Origin: Candidatus Multivoradales bacterium
GTDB lineage: Bacteria; Acidobacteriota; Thermoanaerobaculia; Multivoradales; JAHEKO01
DNA length: 64,000 bases
NCBI GenBank assembly: GCA_965248055.1
Contig: CBDFIJ010000004.1
Coordinates: 2,528,001-2,592,000, forward strand
Reading direction: 5' to 3'
The notes beneath the pieces are model-generated. The model searched no databases, was not told the origin of the DNA, and saw only the letters and a program-made list of their open reading frames with translations. Positions 1 through 10,377 of the stretch are shown here, in pieces. A program made the translations under genes and the position numbers. Each line of letters starts with the position of its first letter. Positions within the stretch are counted from its first letter, which is position 1.

Positions 1-825
1 GAAGGGTTCGCCGCCGATCTAGATCCCGACGTTTTGGGCGGTGTCCTCGACGGAATCGAAAAGGTCGAAGAGGCCTTCGTTGAGGATCGGAGCCGGGAGC
101 AGTTCGCCGCCTACCTGCGCGCGGCGCTGACCCCGGTTATCGAGCAATTTGGTTGGCAGAAGGTGGAAGGTGAGATCGAAACCACTCACGCGCTTCGTCG
201 CAGGCTATTTCGACTGCTGGGAATTCGAGGACAACAAGCGCAGGTAGGTGCTTTGGCGAAGCAATTGGCGAGTGACTTTTTCCGCGACCGCTCCTCGGTG
301 GATGCCGAACTCGCCTCACCAGCGTTGGAAGTGGCGGCGATTAGTGGCGATCGAGAACTATTCGATCGATACAAAGAAGGGTTTGAGAACCCGTTAAGCC
401 CAGATGACCGAGGCAGATATTTGAGCGCGATGGCGAATTTCTCAGACCCTGAGATTCACGCTGACTTCCTGGAATACGGATTGTCGGAGGCGGTCAAGCC
501 GACCGAATTCGTTGCCATGTTCGGCGGCGCGACCACTGATCAAGCGCTCACGGACCGTATGGAGTGGGCGTTCACTCACTACGACGAGATCAGCGCCAAG
601 CTCTCGGAGCAAGCAATGAGCTTCATACCGTTTGTCGCTGGCGGTTGTTCTCGCGAGAGACTTGATCGAGCAGCGGTGTTCTTTTCTGATCCCGGCCATC
701 AGGTTGCCGGTACCCTGGCTAGGCTGCAGCGGGTATCGGAGCAGGTTGACCAGTGCCTAGCTCTTCGCCAGCGCGAAGCCGACAGCGTCGAGGTGTTTCT
801 CAGCGGCTTTGACGGGGAGGAGTAG
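1..825 (+). CDS. M1-family aminopeptidase, C-terminal ERAP1-like domain (5' truncated by window edge)
   Basis: Frame is open from base 1. Helical ERAP1_C-like content (LGW...LRRRLFRLLG, YLSAMANF, WAFTHYDEI, VSEQVDQC). Confidence 0.75.
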   Translation, partial: EGFAADLDPDVLGGVLDGIEKVEEAFVEDRSREQFAAYLRAALTPVIEQFGWQKVEGEIETTHALRRRLFRLLGIRGQQAQVGALAKQLASDFFRDRSSVDAELASPALEVAAISGDRELFDRYKEGFENPLSPDDRGRYLSAMANFSDPEIHADFLEYGLSEAVKPTEFVAMFGGATTDQALTDRMEWAFTHYDEISAKLSEQAMSFIPFVAGGCSRERLDRAAVFFSDPGHQVAGTLARLQRVSEQVDQCLALRQREADSVEVFLSGFDGEE

Positions 826-920
826 GCGCAGGGCGCTGGAAGTGGATAGCAACTCATCTGCGATCAATCTGCGGATCAAGTCACTGTCTTTGAGTGTAAT
901 CGAGCTTTCAATCGGGCTTG

Positions 921-2174
921 TTAGGCGCCGAACTTGGCCAAGCGTCCGGCATGGGCAAATAGCAGCGCCATCAAATCGGTCGCGGGTAGTTGCCCAAGGT
1001 GGCCTTGAATCACGCTGTTCTCGTCGAACTCTTGTATCGGGTCGACGAAGGCTAGCTCGCCGGCAATCAACAGCGGGACCGGATGCCAACTGTGGGCGCG
1101 CATCGGAGCCGGGGTGGAGTGGTCCGCGGTCACCGCGATCACGTCGGGCGCCAACGCCAACAGAGTGGGGAGGTGGCGATCGACCTCCTCGATCACCTTG
1201 ATCTTGGCGTCTAGATCGCCGTCTTCGCCCGCTTGATCGGTCTGCTTGACGTGGACAAAAAAGAAGTCGAACTGATTCCAGGCCGTGGCTACGTCCTGGA
1301 AGAGATCTCCGCAATCTTTGCTCGCAGGAACGTCGGTCATGCCGCAGGCTGAGGCCACGCCTCGATACAAGGGATACCCGGCGAAGGCGCCGAATCGCGC
1401 GTTGAAGATTTCACTCAACGAGGCCAACTTGGGGCGCTGCGAAAAACCGCGCAAAACGACCCGATTGGCTGTTGGATGCTCCCGGATTACTTGTTCTGCT
1501 TGGGCGCAGAAAGCTGCGACTAAGTCGGCGGTTTGCTGTGCCTCGGGAGCCAGGGCTGTAGGCTTCAAAGGCAACACTCCCACGCGCTGTGGGTCGGTCT
1601 CACTGACCAACGGACTCAAACCTTCGCCCCGCAGATGCAGGACAAAGCGGTGGCCTTCCCCGGCGATCACGCGTGTGGCAGTGCTGTAGGAGGAGCTGCT
1701 CTCGGAGGCGGCACCGCTCTGGGAGGTCAAGCGATCATTGATCGCGGCACACAGCTGCTCGCAGGTCGCTGAAGAGATTCTTCCTGCTCTACGGTCGGTG
1801 ATCTTGCCGCTGGCGTCGGCGGAGGCAAAGTTGCCTCGTGCCAGCACATCGTCATCTTCAAACGACACTCCAAGGCCCAGGGCTTCTAGAACTCCGCGTC
1901 CGATATCGTGCTGCGGCAACCTGGGGTCGTAGCCAAAGAGCGCTAGGTGACCTGGCCCGCTGCCTGGAGTAATCCCCGGAGCCACCGGAATCAATCGCCC
2001 GTTGGATCCGCGCGCCGCCAGGGCGTCCAGATTCGGCGTATCGGCCGTCTCCAGGGCAGTTGTCGGTTGTGCACCGCTCTTTAGATCCCCGACCCCGTCC
2101 AAAATCAAGAGAATAATCTTGCTCTGGTTGCTGAGGGCCAGCCGGCTGAGAAGTTCTTGGGAGGGTGTCTTCAT
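921..2174 (-). CDS. apgM: 2,3-bisphosphoglycerate-independent phosphoglycerate mutase (ApgM type)
   Basis: ILDGVGD, TPNLD, PGSGPGHLALFGYDP, RGNFA, DRRAGRI, HVKQTDQAGEDGD, TADHSTP, HSWHPVP motifs. Confidence 0.92.
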   Translation of the reverse strand: MKTPSQELLSRLALSNQSKIILLILDGVGDLKSGAQPTTALETADTPNLDALAARGSNGRLIPVAPGITPGSGPGHLALFGYDPRLPQHDIGRGVLEALGLGVSFEDDDVLARGNFASADASGKITDRRAGRISSATCEQLCAAINDRLTSQSGAASESSSSYSTATRVIAGEGHRFVLHLRGEGLSPLVSETDPQRVGVLPLKPTALAPEAQQTADLVAAFCAQAEQVIREHPTANRVVLRGFSQRPKLASLSEIFNARFGAFAGYPLYRGVASACGMTDVPASKDCGDLFQDVATAWNQFDFFFVHVKQTDQAGEDGDLDAKIKVIEEVDRHLPTLLALAPDVIAVTADHSTPAPMRAHSWHPVPLLIAGELAFVDPIQEFDENSVIQGHLGQLPATDLMALLFAHAGRLAKFGA

Positions 2175-2229
2175 CGATGTATTCGATTACTTGGTGGGTC
2201 CAGGCTAGGAGGTCCCGAAAGCGGCATAG

Positions 2230-2703
2230 CTAGGCGACAAAAAAAGCACTGGCTCGAATTTGCACTCGCGATCTGGAGGCGAAACCTCCGCCAGCGACCG
2301 CATAAGAAGATTGTGCTCCCAGGATTGGAAGAACCACCCAACCATCGAAGGTTTCGCCCGCTCGATAGGCGGGGACCACCGGCTCCAACTCCGCCAACTT
2401 GAACCAATGTTCGGTGGTTCCGGAGAACCGAGTCTGCATTTCGACGTAGGCACGATCCAAATCGACCACCCGATCCTGTGCTGGATACCAGAGAGAGAGG
2501 ACGAAACGAACCTCGTCATAATGGGCGGTGTCAAAGACCGCCTGGCTGTCTAATTGCAGTTCAAAGCGAAAACCGCCGTCGGCATCGGTAGCAAAAATCT
2601 CCGGCGTAGCATCGAATAACAGATGCTGTGGGGGTGTGCGAGGGGTCATCGACGGGAGTCTGGGCGAAAAGATGCGGGTCGCAACGCGGCCCGAGCTTAT
2701 CAT
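2230..2703 (-). CDS. hypothetical protein
   Basis: 157-aa ORF co-oriented between trmJ-like and apgM. The start may be the internal Met (MTPRTPP). No recognised motif. Confidence 0.55.
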   Translation of the reverse strand: MISSGRVATRIFSPRLPSMTPRTPPQHLLFDATPEIFATDADGGFRFELQLDSQAVFDTAHYDEVRFVLSLWYPAQDRVVDLDRAYVEMQTRFSGTTEHWFKLAELEPVVPAYRAGETFDGWVVLPILGAQSSYAVAGGGFASRSRVQIRASAFFVA

Positions 2704-2716
2704 CGGCCATGCGACT

Positions 2717-3472
2717 TTAGATCACGTCGTTTGTCCCCCAGTTGCGACCGAGGGCGTTGCGGAAGCGGCGCAAAATACCGCGCAAAATGCTGGCTTCGTG
2801 GTGGCTGGGCTGGGCGCGAGCGACGAGTCGGCGCAAACTCAGCAACGAGGATTCGACGGTACTGTCCCTCGCGAACCCAGTCTCTTGGAGTAACGGCACT
2901 AGATCGGCGAACAACCCTTCGACCATTTCCTGATTGGCGAGGACCGGTGCGCTGGCGTCAGGCTCACTCCTGGTGTTCCCCAGGCCTGCTTTGGACAACT
3001 CATAGGTCACTAGCAGCACCGCCTGGGCCAAGTTGAGCGTCGGCTGCCGCGCGGAGCATGGAATCGACACCAGCGGGTTACACAGAGCCAGTTCATCGGT
3101 TCTCAATCCCGACGCTTCGCCACCGAAGACCAAGGCTGTCTGGTGCGCAGCATTTTGTCTAAGCACTGCGGCGAGGTCTGAGGCGGGGATCGCCGGTTCG
3201 TCCTCGGTTCGAGATCGGCTCGCCGTGGTTCCGACCACACGTTCAAAGGGACCGAGAGCTGCGGTCAGGTCGGGTTCGATGGTGGCTTGGTCCAAGATCT
3301 CCCCCGAATGAACCGCGAAGGCCCGCGCGGTGGCGTTGATGCGAGTTCTCGGATCGACCAAGATTAGCCGGCTTCGGCCCATGTTGGCCATTGCCCGCGC
3401 AGCGGCGCCGATGTTGCCGGATTCTTGCGGTCGAACCAAGACCACCGCAATGGAATCGTGCTCAACCGCCAT
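2717..3472 (-). CDS. trmJ: SPOUT tRNA/rRNA methyltransferase, TrmJ/LasT family
   Basis: VVLVRPQESGNIGAAARAMANMG, LVFGGEASGL, LNLAQAV motifs. ATG at 3472 overlaps the maf stop. Confidence 0.85.
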   Translation of the reverse strand: MAVEHDSIAVVLVRPQESGNIGAAARAMANMGRSRLILVDPRTRINATARAFAVHSGEILDQATIEPDLTAALGPFERVVGTTASRSRTEDEPAIPASDLAAVLRQNAAHQTALVFGGEASGLRTDELALCNPLVSIPCSARQPTLNLAQAVLLVTYELSKAGLGNTRSEPDASAPVLANQEMVEGLFADLVPLLQETGFARDSTVESSLLSLRRLVARAQPSHHEASILRGILRRFRNALGRNWGTNDVI

Positions 3473-4085
3473 CGACTTCAACCACTGCGGCTGGTAACCG
3501 CGGAATCTCAATCCCTTGATCGAAGAGAAGCGCACGGGTTACCGATAGAGGCAATCCAACCACGTTACTGTAACTACCGCGAATAGCACCGACGAACACC
3601 GATCCCAGTCCTTGGATCGCGTAAGAGCCGGCTTTATCCATCGGCTCACCAGTTGCGACGTAGCGCCGAATGGTGTCGTCAGCTAGGGGGTCCAGGTCGA
3701 CTAGCGTCGATTCAACCCGGACATTTGGCTGCTCCAGCTCTTGAGTCCATACGGCCACTCCGCTGAGCACCGTGTGGCTTCGCCCACAGAGCGATTGCAG
3801 CATCTCCACTGCGTCGGCGGGGGAGCGCGGTTTCCCTAGGATGGCTCCGTCGATCACCACCACCGTGTCGGCGGCCAAGACCACCTCACTAGTTTGAGGG
3901 TCTGCCGCCGTAGATTTAAGGATCGCCAGTCGACGCACCAATTCTTGAGCAGATTCACCCTGCAGCGGGGTTTCGTCGACGTCAACGACGCGCTGGATAA
4001 AGTCAACGCCCAGGTCTTGCAACATTTGCCGCCGGCGCGGCGATCCGGAGGCCAGAACTAGAGTCCTTTTTATTTTCTCCTGCAC
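3462..4085 (-). CDS. maf: Maf-family nucleoside triphosphate pyrophosphatase
   Basis: LASGSPRR, ADTVV, GKP, DKAGSYAIQG, NVVGLP motifs. Confidence 0.93.
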   Translation of the reverse strand: MQEKIKRTLVLASGSPRRRQMLQDLGVDFIQRVVDVDETPLQGESAQELVRRLAILKSTAADPQTSEVVLAADTVVVIDGAILGKPRSPADAVEMLQSLCGRSHTVLSGVAVWTQELEQPNVRVESTLVDLDPLADDTIRRYVATGEPMDKAGSYAIQGLGSVFVGAIRGSYSNVVGLPLSVTRALLFDQGIEIPRLPAAVVEVDGG

Positions 4086-4138
4086 CGGGCGATCCTAGCC
4101 GACAACGGAGGACGAAGGGCGGCGACCCTTGGACGCGA

Positions 4139-6673
4139 CTATGGGTAGTAGCCACTCATGGTCTTGGCTTCGACTCCCGACTGATCGATCTCCACTTTAA
4201 TCGTACGGAAGAGGTCTTCGCGGGAAGTATTGGTGGACTGATAGGCAAGATAGTAGCGACTTCTGAGTTCGTCGAGGATTTGTTCGTAGATTGTCTGCAG
4301 TTGATCAATTGACTCGATCACGAAAGCGATACCGCCGGTCTCTTCAGCCAAGCGAGCTAACTGTCGTTTCGATTGGCGGGTAGTTTTTTCATCCTCCAGG
4401 CGGATTGAGTAAATCGAAACTCCGGAGCGTCGAGAATAGTCGACCATTTCGTCAAACTCGAACCTGCTCGATTCGTCTTCACCATCCGACAGGAGGATTA
4501 ACGCGCGCTGGCCGCGGATGCCGTTGAAGTAGAAGAGTGAATAGATCACCGCGTCGTGTAGCGCGGTTCCGCGTTCGGCTTTGAGTCCTGCCAACCCGGC
4601 GGAGAGCTCCTCCAGGCGATCGGTGAACCGCACCACCACCCTGGGCAGATCGTTGAAGGTCAGCAAGGTGGCCCGATCCCTGGGGCTGAGGGACTCCTCG
4701 AAAAACTGCAGGGCACCTTGCTTGGCAGTGTCGAGGTTGGGGGTCATGGAAGCTGAGACGTCGAGCAAGATCCCGGCGTGAAAGGGCAAGTTGGTGACGC
4801 GGTCGAAACGCAAAGGCTGTTGCGCCTGGCCGTCTTCGGTAATCGCGAAGCTGGCCTCTGTAAGTCCTTGGACCGGACGATTGTTGCGGTCCACAGCGGT
4901 TACGTAGAGCTCTACCAACTGGACTTTGACGTTCTCGGTGAACCCAGGAGTATTGACGAAAACCACGTCTTCCGTCGAGTTGCCGTCCGGCTGGTAGGCG
5001 ACGGCGCGCACATACCCAACTGCACCCGAGGTCGGGAGTTGAATCGGAAATTCGTAGGGTTCTTGGTAGCTGGTGGCGAGCTTGGTCTCGTTGAAGTAGA
5101 ACTCGACTCGGTCGATAGAACGGCCTTCGGGGACTTCAACCAGCACCGAAGCTCTTAGGCTGGTGTCATAACGCTCCTCGGGACGCGGATCCACCAATTG
5201 CACTGCGAATCGATGCGGGCCAGAGTTGAGCGCCAGTTCGTCTTGGGCTACTTCCACACCGTCGGAATCGTAGGCAACGGCACGTAGAGCCCGCATCTTG
5301 GGGGAATGACCCAAATCCAGTTCGACGCTAAAGGGCGCTCCGCGTTTGGTTAGCACTTGGTTGTCATCGAGACTGAATCGAACTTCAGCGATGTCGGGTC
5401 CGGTGGTACGGGTGGCAAAGCGCACCATTCCGGTCAACAGGTTTCCTCCCGGGGGTAGGATCTCGACCGTGTTGTCGCCGGTGTTGATCGCCAAGTTGGC
5501 TTCGGCCAGAAGCCTAGAGGTAAAAGGATCATCCGGAGTGCGTGGCACCATCTCGCTGACCGCGGGCACCTCGGTTGACTGCTGCATGCGAAACATTTTC
5601 TTACCGTGCAGGTCTTCAATCCGCAACACCAAGTCGTAGGTTCCAGGACGCAGGCGGCTCTCGAAAATGAGGGGCAATTTTTCGCTGACGGTTTCGGCGT
5701 TGAAGTTGTATTGAAAGCGGAAGGTGTCAAATAGTTTTCCTTCTTGTAACACCTCGCCGTTGAGCAGCAGGTCGTAACTAGAAGCGGGGCCAAACTCTGC
5801 TGAGGTCAAGTGCTCGGATTCGATCGCCAAGACCCCTTGCACCACCGTCCGTGAGCGAAACCGGCCAGGAAAATTGACGGTCAACTTGGCGGGAAAGGTC
5901 TCCGTTCCCTCGGGGATCTCAGTGGAGAAGGCGTCAAAAGATTGGACCCACTCTTGGTTGGTTACTTTTTGTTCGGGCTCCAACATGCTGTCGAGGAGGC
6001 GAGCTCGCTCGAAAGACCCTTGTCGACTGATCTGACCTACTACCCGAGCCAGTTCGTCACGATTTGCGCATCCAGAAAACAGGTCGTCCGAAATACTTCC
6101 TCCGGTGCCGAACTTGGTCAAAGCACGGATGCCCTCATAGGGGTACCAAAGCCTGAAGTCACCATTGCCAAATGGTTGATAAAATAGCAACAAAGTATCC
6201 TCGCCGACCTGCTGTGCACGATAGATCCAGGCCTCAGCGGGCCAGATGTTGGAGCAACGCCGATATTGGGCGCGACCAGCGGGCTCCCCATTGAGCAACA
6301 GAATCTCTGCACGGTCGTCATCTAGAGATCCTAGATTTGCTCGGGCGTAATCCAGACGACGGATATAGCGCTCGCGATACTCATTGCGTGCGGTACCGGG
6401 ATAGGGATCGCGCTGACGCCAGAACTGCTCAATAAAGTGGTCTCGCTGATAATCTTGCTGAATCGCGAGGAAGGCGATGTGCTCTTCTTCGGTGATGATT
6501 ACCCGGACCTCTTGCAGCCAAGTACGATACGGCGCCGGTAGTTGCGCGTCCATCGCCTCGATCTCTTTCTTGCTGAGCTTCTCGTCTTCTTGGGCGCCGG
6601 CCAGGGTGGCAGTCGCTGCAAGCAGAGCGACCAGGGTTCCGACAAAGAATAGATTGCGTTTCAATTGGCACAT
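4139..6673 (-). CDS. secreted GWxTD-domain / Ig-like / VWA-domain protein (Acidobacteria-type)
   Basis: Signal peptide. FIEQFWRQRDPYPGTARNEY...DRAEILLLNGEP (GWxTD-like). C-terminal VWA with LLDVSASM, TALHDAV, LLSDGED, LAEETGG, ELRSRYYLAY. Confidence 0.8.
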   Translation of the reverse strand: MCQLKRNLFFVGTLVALLAATATLAGAQEDEKLSKKEIEAMDAQLPAPYRTWLQEVRVIITEEEHIAFLAIQQDYQRDHFIEQFWRQRDPYPGTARNEYRERYIRRLDYARANLGSLDDDRAEILLLNGEPAGRAQYRRCSNIWPAEAWIYRAQQVGEDTLLLFYQPFGNGDFRLWYPYEGIRALTKFGTGGSISDDLFSGCANRDELARVVGQISRQGSFERARLLDSMLEPEQKVTNQEWVQSFDAFSTEIPEGTETFPAKLTVNFPGRFRSRTVVQGVLAIESEHLTSAEFGPASSYDLLLNGEVLQEGKLFDTFRFQYNFNAETVSEKLPLIFESRLRPGTYDLVLRIEDLHGKKMFRMQQSTEVPAVSEMVPRTPDDPFTSRLLAEANLAINTGDNTVEILPPGGNLLTGMVRFATRTTGPDIAEVRFSLDDNQVLTKRGAPFSVELDLGHSPKMRALRAVAYDSDGVEVAQDELALNSGPHRFAVQLVDPRPEERYDTSLRASVLVEVPEGRSIDRVEFYFNETKLATSYQEPYEFPIQLPTSGAVGYVRAVAYQPDGNSTEDVVFVNTPGFTENVKVQLVELYVTAVDRNNRPVQGLTEASFAITEDGQAQQPLRFDRVTNLPFHAGILLDVSASMTPNLDTAKQGALQFFEESLSPRDRATLLTFNDLPRVVVRFTDRLEELSAGLAGLKAERGTALHDAVIYSLFYFNGIRGQRALILLSDGEDESSRFEFDEMVDYSRRSGVSIYSIRLEDEKTTRQSKRQLARLAEETGGIAFVIESIDQLQTIYEQILDELRSRYYLAYQSTNTSREDLFRTIKVEIDQSGVEAKTMSGYYP

Positions 6674-6712
6674 CCGGTTCTAGAATAGCTGGTTCTGTTA
6701 GGTACGACGATT

Positions 6713-7846
6713 ATGGGTGGATACTTCGATCACAATGCAACAACCCCGCTCGACCCAAGAGTGCTGGAGGCGATGTTGCCTTGGTTGACGACTCACCATG
6801 GCAACCCGTCGTCTTCCCATCTCTACGGGCGGGAGGCCTCGGCGGCCGTGGAACAAGCAAGACAGCAAGTTGCGTACCTAATTGTCGCTAATCCAAGAGA
6901 TATCGTATTTACCTCCTCAGGAAGCGAGGCCAACAACACCATAGTGTGTAGCTATTCGGAGCCGACGTCACGGTTCGCTGTCTCCTCTATGGAACACCCC
7001 TCAATTCTGGTGTCGATGGAATCTCAGGGTCGGAAAGGAGCGGTGATCGACTGGGTGGTCCCTGAGGCAGATGGCCGGTGCTCGGTGGATCGATGGGATC
7101 AGACTCTGAGTGAAGGCACCTCGCTGGCGATCTTGATGCTGGCGAACAATGAGATTGGAACCATCCAACCGGTGCGAGAAGTGGCGGCAGTCGCCGCTGA
7201 CCGGGGCGTACCCGTGTTGTGCGATGCGGTGCAGGCGGTGGGCAAGATCCCGGTTTCGGTGGAAGATCTGGGGGTCGATTACTTGGTGCTCGGGGGTCAT
7301 AAATTTCATGGTCCGGGTGGAACGGCGGCAGCTTGGATACGACCGGGGAGTCGCTGGACGCCGTTGTTGTTGGGGGGAAGTCAGGAAACCGGGCGTCGAG
7401 CGAGTACGGTCAATGTTGCGTCAGTGGTTGGCCTGGGTGCAGCCTGCGAGCTAGTCGGTGCGGAGTTGGCGCAGCGTGCCCAGACCATGAGTCAGTTGCG
7501 CGACCTATTTGAGCAACGGGTCAAGAGCCTCCCTGATGTGGTTATTCATGGTGCGGAGGTGGATCGCTTGCCCAATACTTCGAGCGTCGCTTTTCTCGAT
7601 GTCCCAGCGCAAACACTGATGATTCGTCTCGACATGGCTGGATTCGCGGTCTCTATGGGGTCGGCGTGTGGCTCGGGCAAGGTAACACCGAGCGCCACGC
7701 TGCAGTCGATGGAGATCCCGATCGAGGTTGCCGGATCGACTTTGCGCTTTAGCTTTGCGAGCACCAACACCGAACAGGAAGTTGAATCTCTGTCGCAAGA
7801 GGTGATTCGGCAAGTACAGGCGGTTCGTCGGCAGGTGTCAGCGTGA
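6713..7846 (+). CDS. iscS: cysteine desulfurase (IscS/NifS family)
   Basis: YFDHNATTP, GNPSS, ANNEIGTIQP, DAVQAVGK, HKFHGP, GSAC motifs. Coupled to mnmA. Confidence 0.9.
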   Translation: MGGYFDHNATTPLDPRVLEAMLPWLTTHHGNPSSSHLYGREASAAVEQARQQVAYLIVANPRDIVFTSSGSEANNTIVCSYSEPTSRFAVSSMEHPSILVSMESQGRKGAVIDWVVPEADGRCSVDRWDQTLSEGTSLAILMLANNEIGTIQPVREVAAVAADRGVPVLCDAVQAVGKIPVSVEDLGVDYLVLGGHKFHGPGGTAAAWIRPGSRWTPLLLGGSQETGRRASTVNVASVVGLGAACELVGAELAQRAQTMSQLRDLFEQRVKSLPDVVIHGAEVDRLPNTSSVAFLDVPAQTLMIRLDMAGFAVSMGSACGSGKVTPSATLQSMEIPIEVAGSTLRFSFASTNTEQEVESLSQEVIRQVQAVRRQVSA

Positions 7847-8943
7847 GTTTGACCGCGGTTGCCATGAGCGGAGGTTTGGATTCGTCGGTTACCGCGTGGA
7901 TGCTTGCCAAACAACAGCGCGAAGTGGTGGGTTTGTCAATGTTGCTTTGGGATCAATCCGAACCCGAGCCGTCTACCGAAGGACGCAGGTGCTGTGGGGC
8001 CTTGGACCTAGGCGATGCTCGCCGGGTCGCCAGCCAAATAGGGATTCCCTACTACGTCTTGGAGATGCAATCGGAGTTTCGCCAGCATGTAGTGGAGCCG
8101 TTTGTCGATGCCTACCTAGCCGGGACCACCCCGATCCCATGTACCGCATGCAACACCTGGATCAAGTTCGACTTGTTGCTAGAAAGGGCACAGCAAGTGG
8201 GCGCTGGTCGAGTGGCGACTGGACACTATGCACGGATCGTCCAAGGAGATGGCGAGTTGGAACTACACGCGGCGGCGGACCTCAGCAAGGATCAAAGTTA
8301 CTACTTGTTCGAGCTGTCTCAGGATCAGTTGGCTGCAGCAGAGTTTCCTTTGGGTGAAATGTCCAAAGATGAGGTCAGGAATCTGGCCCGAAAGGCCGGT
8401 TTGGTGGTGGCAGAGAAGGGCGAAAGCATGGAACTCTGCTTTGTTTCCGGGAGCATTCAAGAGTTCATTGAGAAGGAACTTGAAGCGCGCGAACAAATGC
8501 CTCTCGAGCCGTCCGAAGTGGTCGACAGCGAGGGCGAGTTTCTGGGAACCGCAGCGCCCTACTATCGCTACACGGTTGGCCAGCGCCGCGGCTTAGGAAT
8601 CAGTAGCGACCAGCCAACCTATGTTGTGGGTGTTGAACCGGAACGCAACGTGGTCACCCTGGGGGGCCGCCAGGCACTAATGGCTCTGGGGTTGGTTGGT
8701 GGTAGACCTCACTGGGTCGGCACAGCCTTGGAGACCGGAGCCGAAGTGGAGGTCAAGATCCGGGCGCGTCATCCACCGGTACGATCCCGCTTGACGCTTG
8801 GCGAGGAAGTTGTCCAGGTCGATTTCGAAGAACCACAATTTGGGGTCACCCCAGGGCAGGCGGCGGTGTTCTATCGTGGCAGTCAGGTACTCGGCGGTTG
8901 TTGGATTCGAGGCCGCTGCGACAGCGAAACCCCCGATTCGTAA
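7843..8943 (+). CDS. mnmA: tRNA 2-thiouridylase MnmA
   Basis: AMSGGLDSS, TPIPCTACN, ATGHYA, KDQSYYL, ESMELCF, YTVGQRRGLG, TPGQAAVFY motifs. Confidence 0.95.
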   Translation: MSLTAVAMSGGLDSSVTAWMLAKQQREVVGLSMLLWDQSEPEPSTEGRRCCGALDLGDARRVASQIGIPYYVLEMQSEFRQHVVEPFVDAYLAGTTPIPCTACNTWIKFDLLLERAQQVGAGRVATGHYARIVQGDGELELHAAADLSKDQSYYLFELSQDQLAAAEFPLGEMSKDEVRNLARKAGLVVAEKGESMELCFVSGSIQEFIEKELEAREQMPLEPSEVVDSEGEFLGTAAPYYRYTVGQRRGLGISSDQPTYVVGVEPERNVVTLGGRQALMALGLVGGRPHWVGTALETGAEVEVKIRARHPPVRSRLTLGEEVVQVDFEEPQFGVTPGQAAVFYRGSQVLGGCWIRGRCDSETPDS

Positions 8944-8956
8944 TCCTCCGCCGGGG

Positions 8957-9643
8957 CTAGTCAGCGCGGTCGATCACCAGAGTGATCTCTCCTTTGATCT
9001 TGGGTCTTGCGCCGAGAGTCTGCCGGATTTCTGAAAGTCGACCTCGAACAATCTCTTGGTGCAGTTTGGTCAGTTCTCTGCCGACCGCAGCCCGTCGGTC
9101 GCCCAAGACGCCGATCGCGTCCTCCAGACAGGCCACTAGGCGGTGCGGAGCCTCAAACAGGATCAGCGTGTGGTCGAAAGACTCGAATCGACGCAGGAAT
9201 CGGATCCGTGCTCCTCGTTTCGGGGGTGGGAAGCCGACGAAGGTAAATGGATGGGGTGGTAGTCCAGAGAGCACCAAGGCGACGATCGGCGCCGAGGCAC
9301 CGGGCGCGGCGTCAACCTCTATTCCTTGAGCGATGGCTGCCCGCACCAAGCGATATCCAGGGTCGGAGATCAGCGGTGTTCCGGCGTCGGAAACCAAAGC
9401 TACGGTCGATCCCGTCGAGACCCATTCCAGGATCTCGGGAATTCGCCGTTGCTCGTTGTGTTCGTGTAGCGACTTCAGCCGCCTCTTTTCGATTCCCAGG
9501 TGTTGCAGCAAAAGGCCGGTTCGGCGGGTGTCTTCACAGGCGATCAAATCGGCCTCTGCTAGTGCGGTCCGAGCTCGACCAGAGACATCCTTCAGGTTGC
9601 CGATGGGCGTGGCGACAACGACGATGTGTCCCAGGTCAGTCAT
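8957..9643 (-). CDS. rsmI: 16S rRNA C1402 2'-O-methyltransferase
   Basis: VATPIGNLKD, ACEDTR, VSDAGTPLISDPG, FEAPHR, RELTKLHQE, KGEITLV motifs. Confidence 0.93.
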   Translation of the reverse strand: MTDLGHIVVVATPIGNLKDVSGRARTALAEADLIACEDTRRTGLLLQHLGIEKRRLKSLHEHNEQRRIPEILEWVSTGSTVALVSDAGTPLISDPGYRLVRAAIAQGIEVDAAPGASAPIVALVLSGLPPHPFTFVGFPPPKRGARIRFLRRFESFDHTLILFEAPHRLVACLEDAIGVLGDRRAAVGRELTKLHQEIVRGRLSEIRQTLGARPKIKGEITLVIDRAD

Positions 9644-9655
9644 AATCCTCAAGCG

Positions 9656-10363
9656 ATGCACATGGTAGCAGTCAGCGGAAGAACACTTGTGACGGTCCTA
9701 CTGTTGTCCTGGCTGCCCTCACTGAAGGCTCAAGAAGCCACGGTCGCGGAGGGTTCCCCAGCGATCTTGGTGGATCGGATCGTCGCCCTGGTGGATGAAA
9801 CACCGGTCTTTGAATCGGATCTCACCGCGGCTGCCGCGTTGGAGCCGATTGCTACACCAGAGACTCAGAATGAGCAGCAATACCGGCGGCGGTTGCTCGA
9901 CCAGCTAATCGACGAGAGATTGCGCTATGCGGCGGTTCGCCGTCACGGTTTTGAGGAATTAGACCTGGAAAAGATCGACCAGCAGGTTGAAATCCTGGCC
10001 GAGAGGTTTGGTGGGTCGGAGAGCCTTACGAAAGCGTTGCAGGAAGCGGCTATGGACCAGCGATTGCTCCGAGAAATGGTCGCTCGCCAGTTAGCAGTGT
10101 GGGATTTTGTCGAAAACCGTTTGGGAGCTCGAGTCCTGGTCGACCTCGATGAGATCGAGGCCTACTACCGGGGCGAGTTCAGTGATCACCTGGGGAGCCT
10201 GGGGGAGCCGATTCCACCTCTGCGAGAAGTTCGAGAGAAGATCCGTGAGCTGCTCTATCAGCGCCAGCTGACGGAAGAGGTAGATCGATGGACCGCCGAG
10301 CTCCGCTTTCAGGCGGATATCTCTGACTACCTAAACCGGGGAGAATCTACGCCACCAGCGTAG
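9656..10363 (+). CDS. SurA N-terminal-domain periplasmic chaperone-like protein
   Basis: Signal peptide, then VDRIVALVD...SDL, LLDQLIDERL, EIEAYY, PLREVREKI. Exact start uncertain. Confidence 0.7.
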   Translation: MHMVAVSGRTLVTVLLLSWLPSLKAQEATVAEGSPAILVDRIVALVDETPVFESDLTAAAALEPIATPETQNEQQYRRRLLDQLIDERLRYAAVRRHGFEELDLEKIDQQVEILAERFGGSESLTKALQEAAMDQRLLREMVARQLAVWDFVENRLGARVLVDLDEIEAYYRGEFSDHLGSLGEPIPPLREVREKIRELLYQRQLTEEVDRWTAELRFQADISDYLNRGESTPPA

Positions 10364-10377
10364 AGAAAACTCCACAA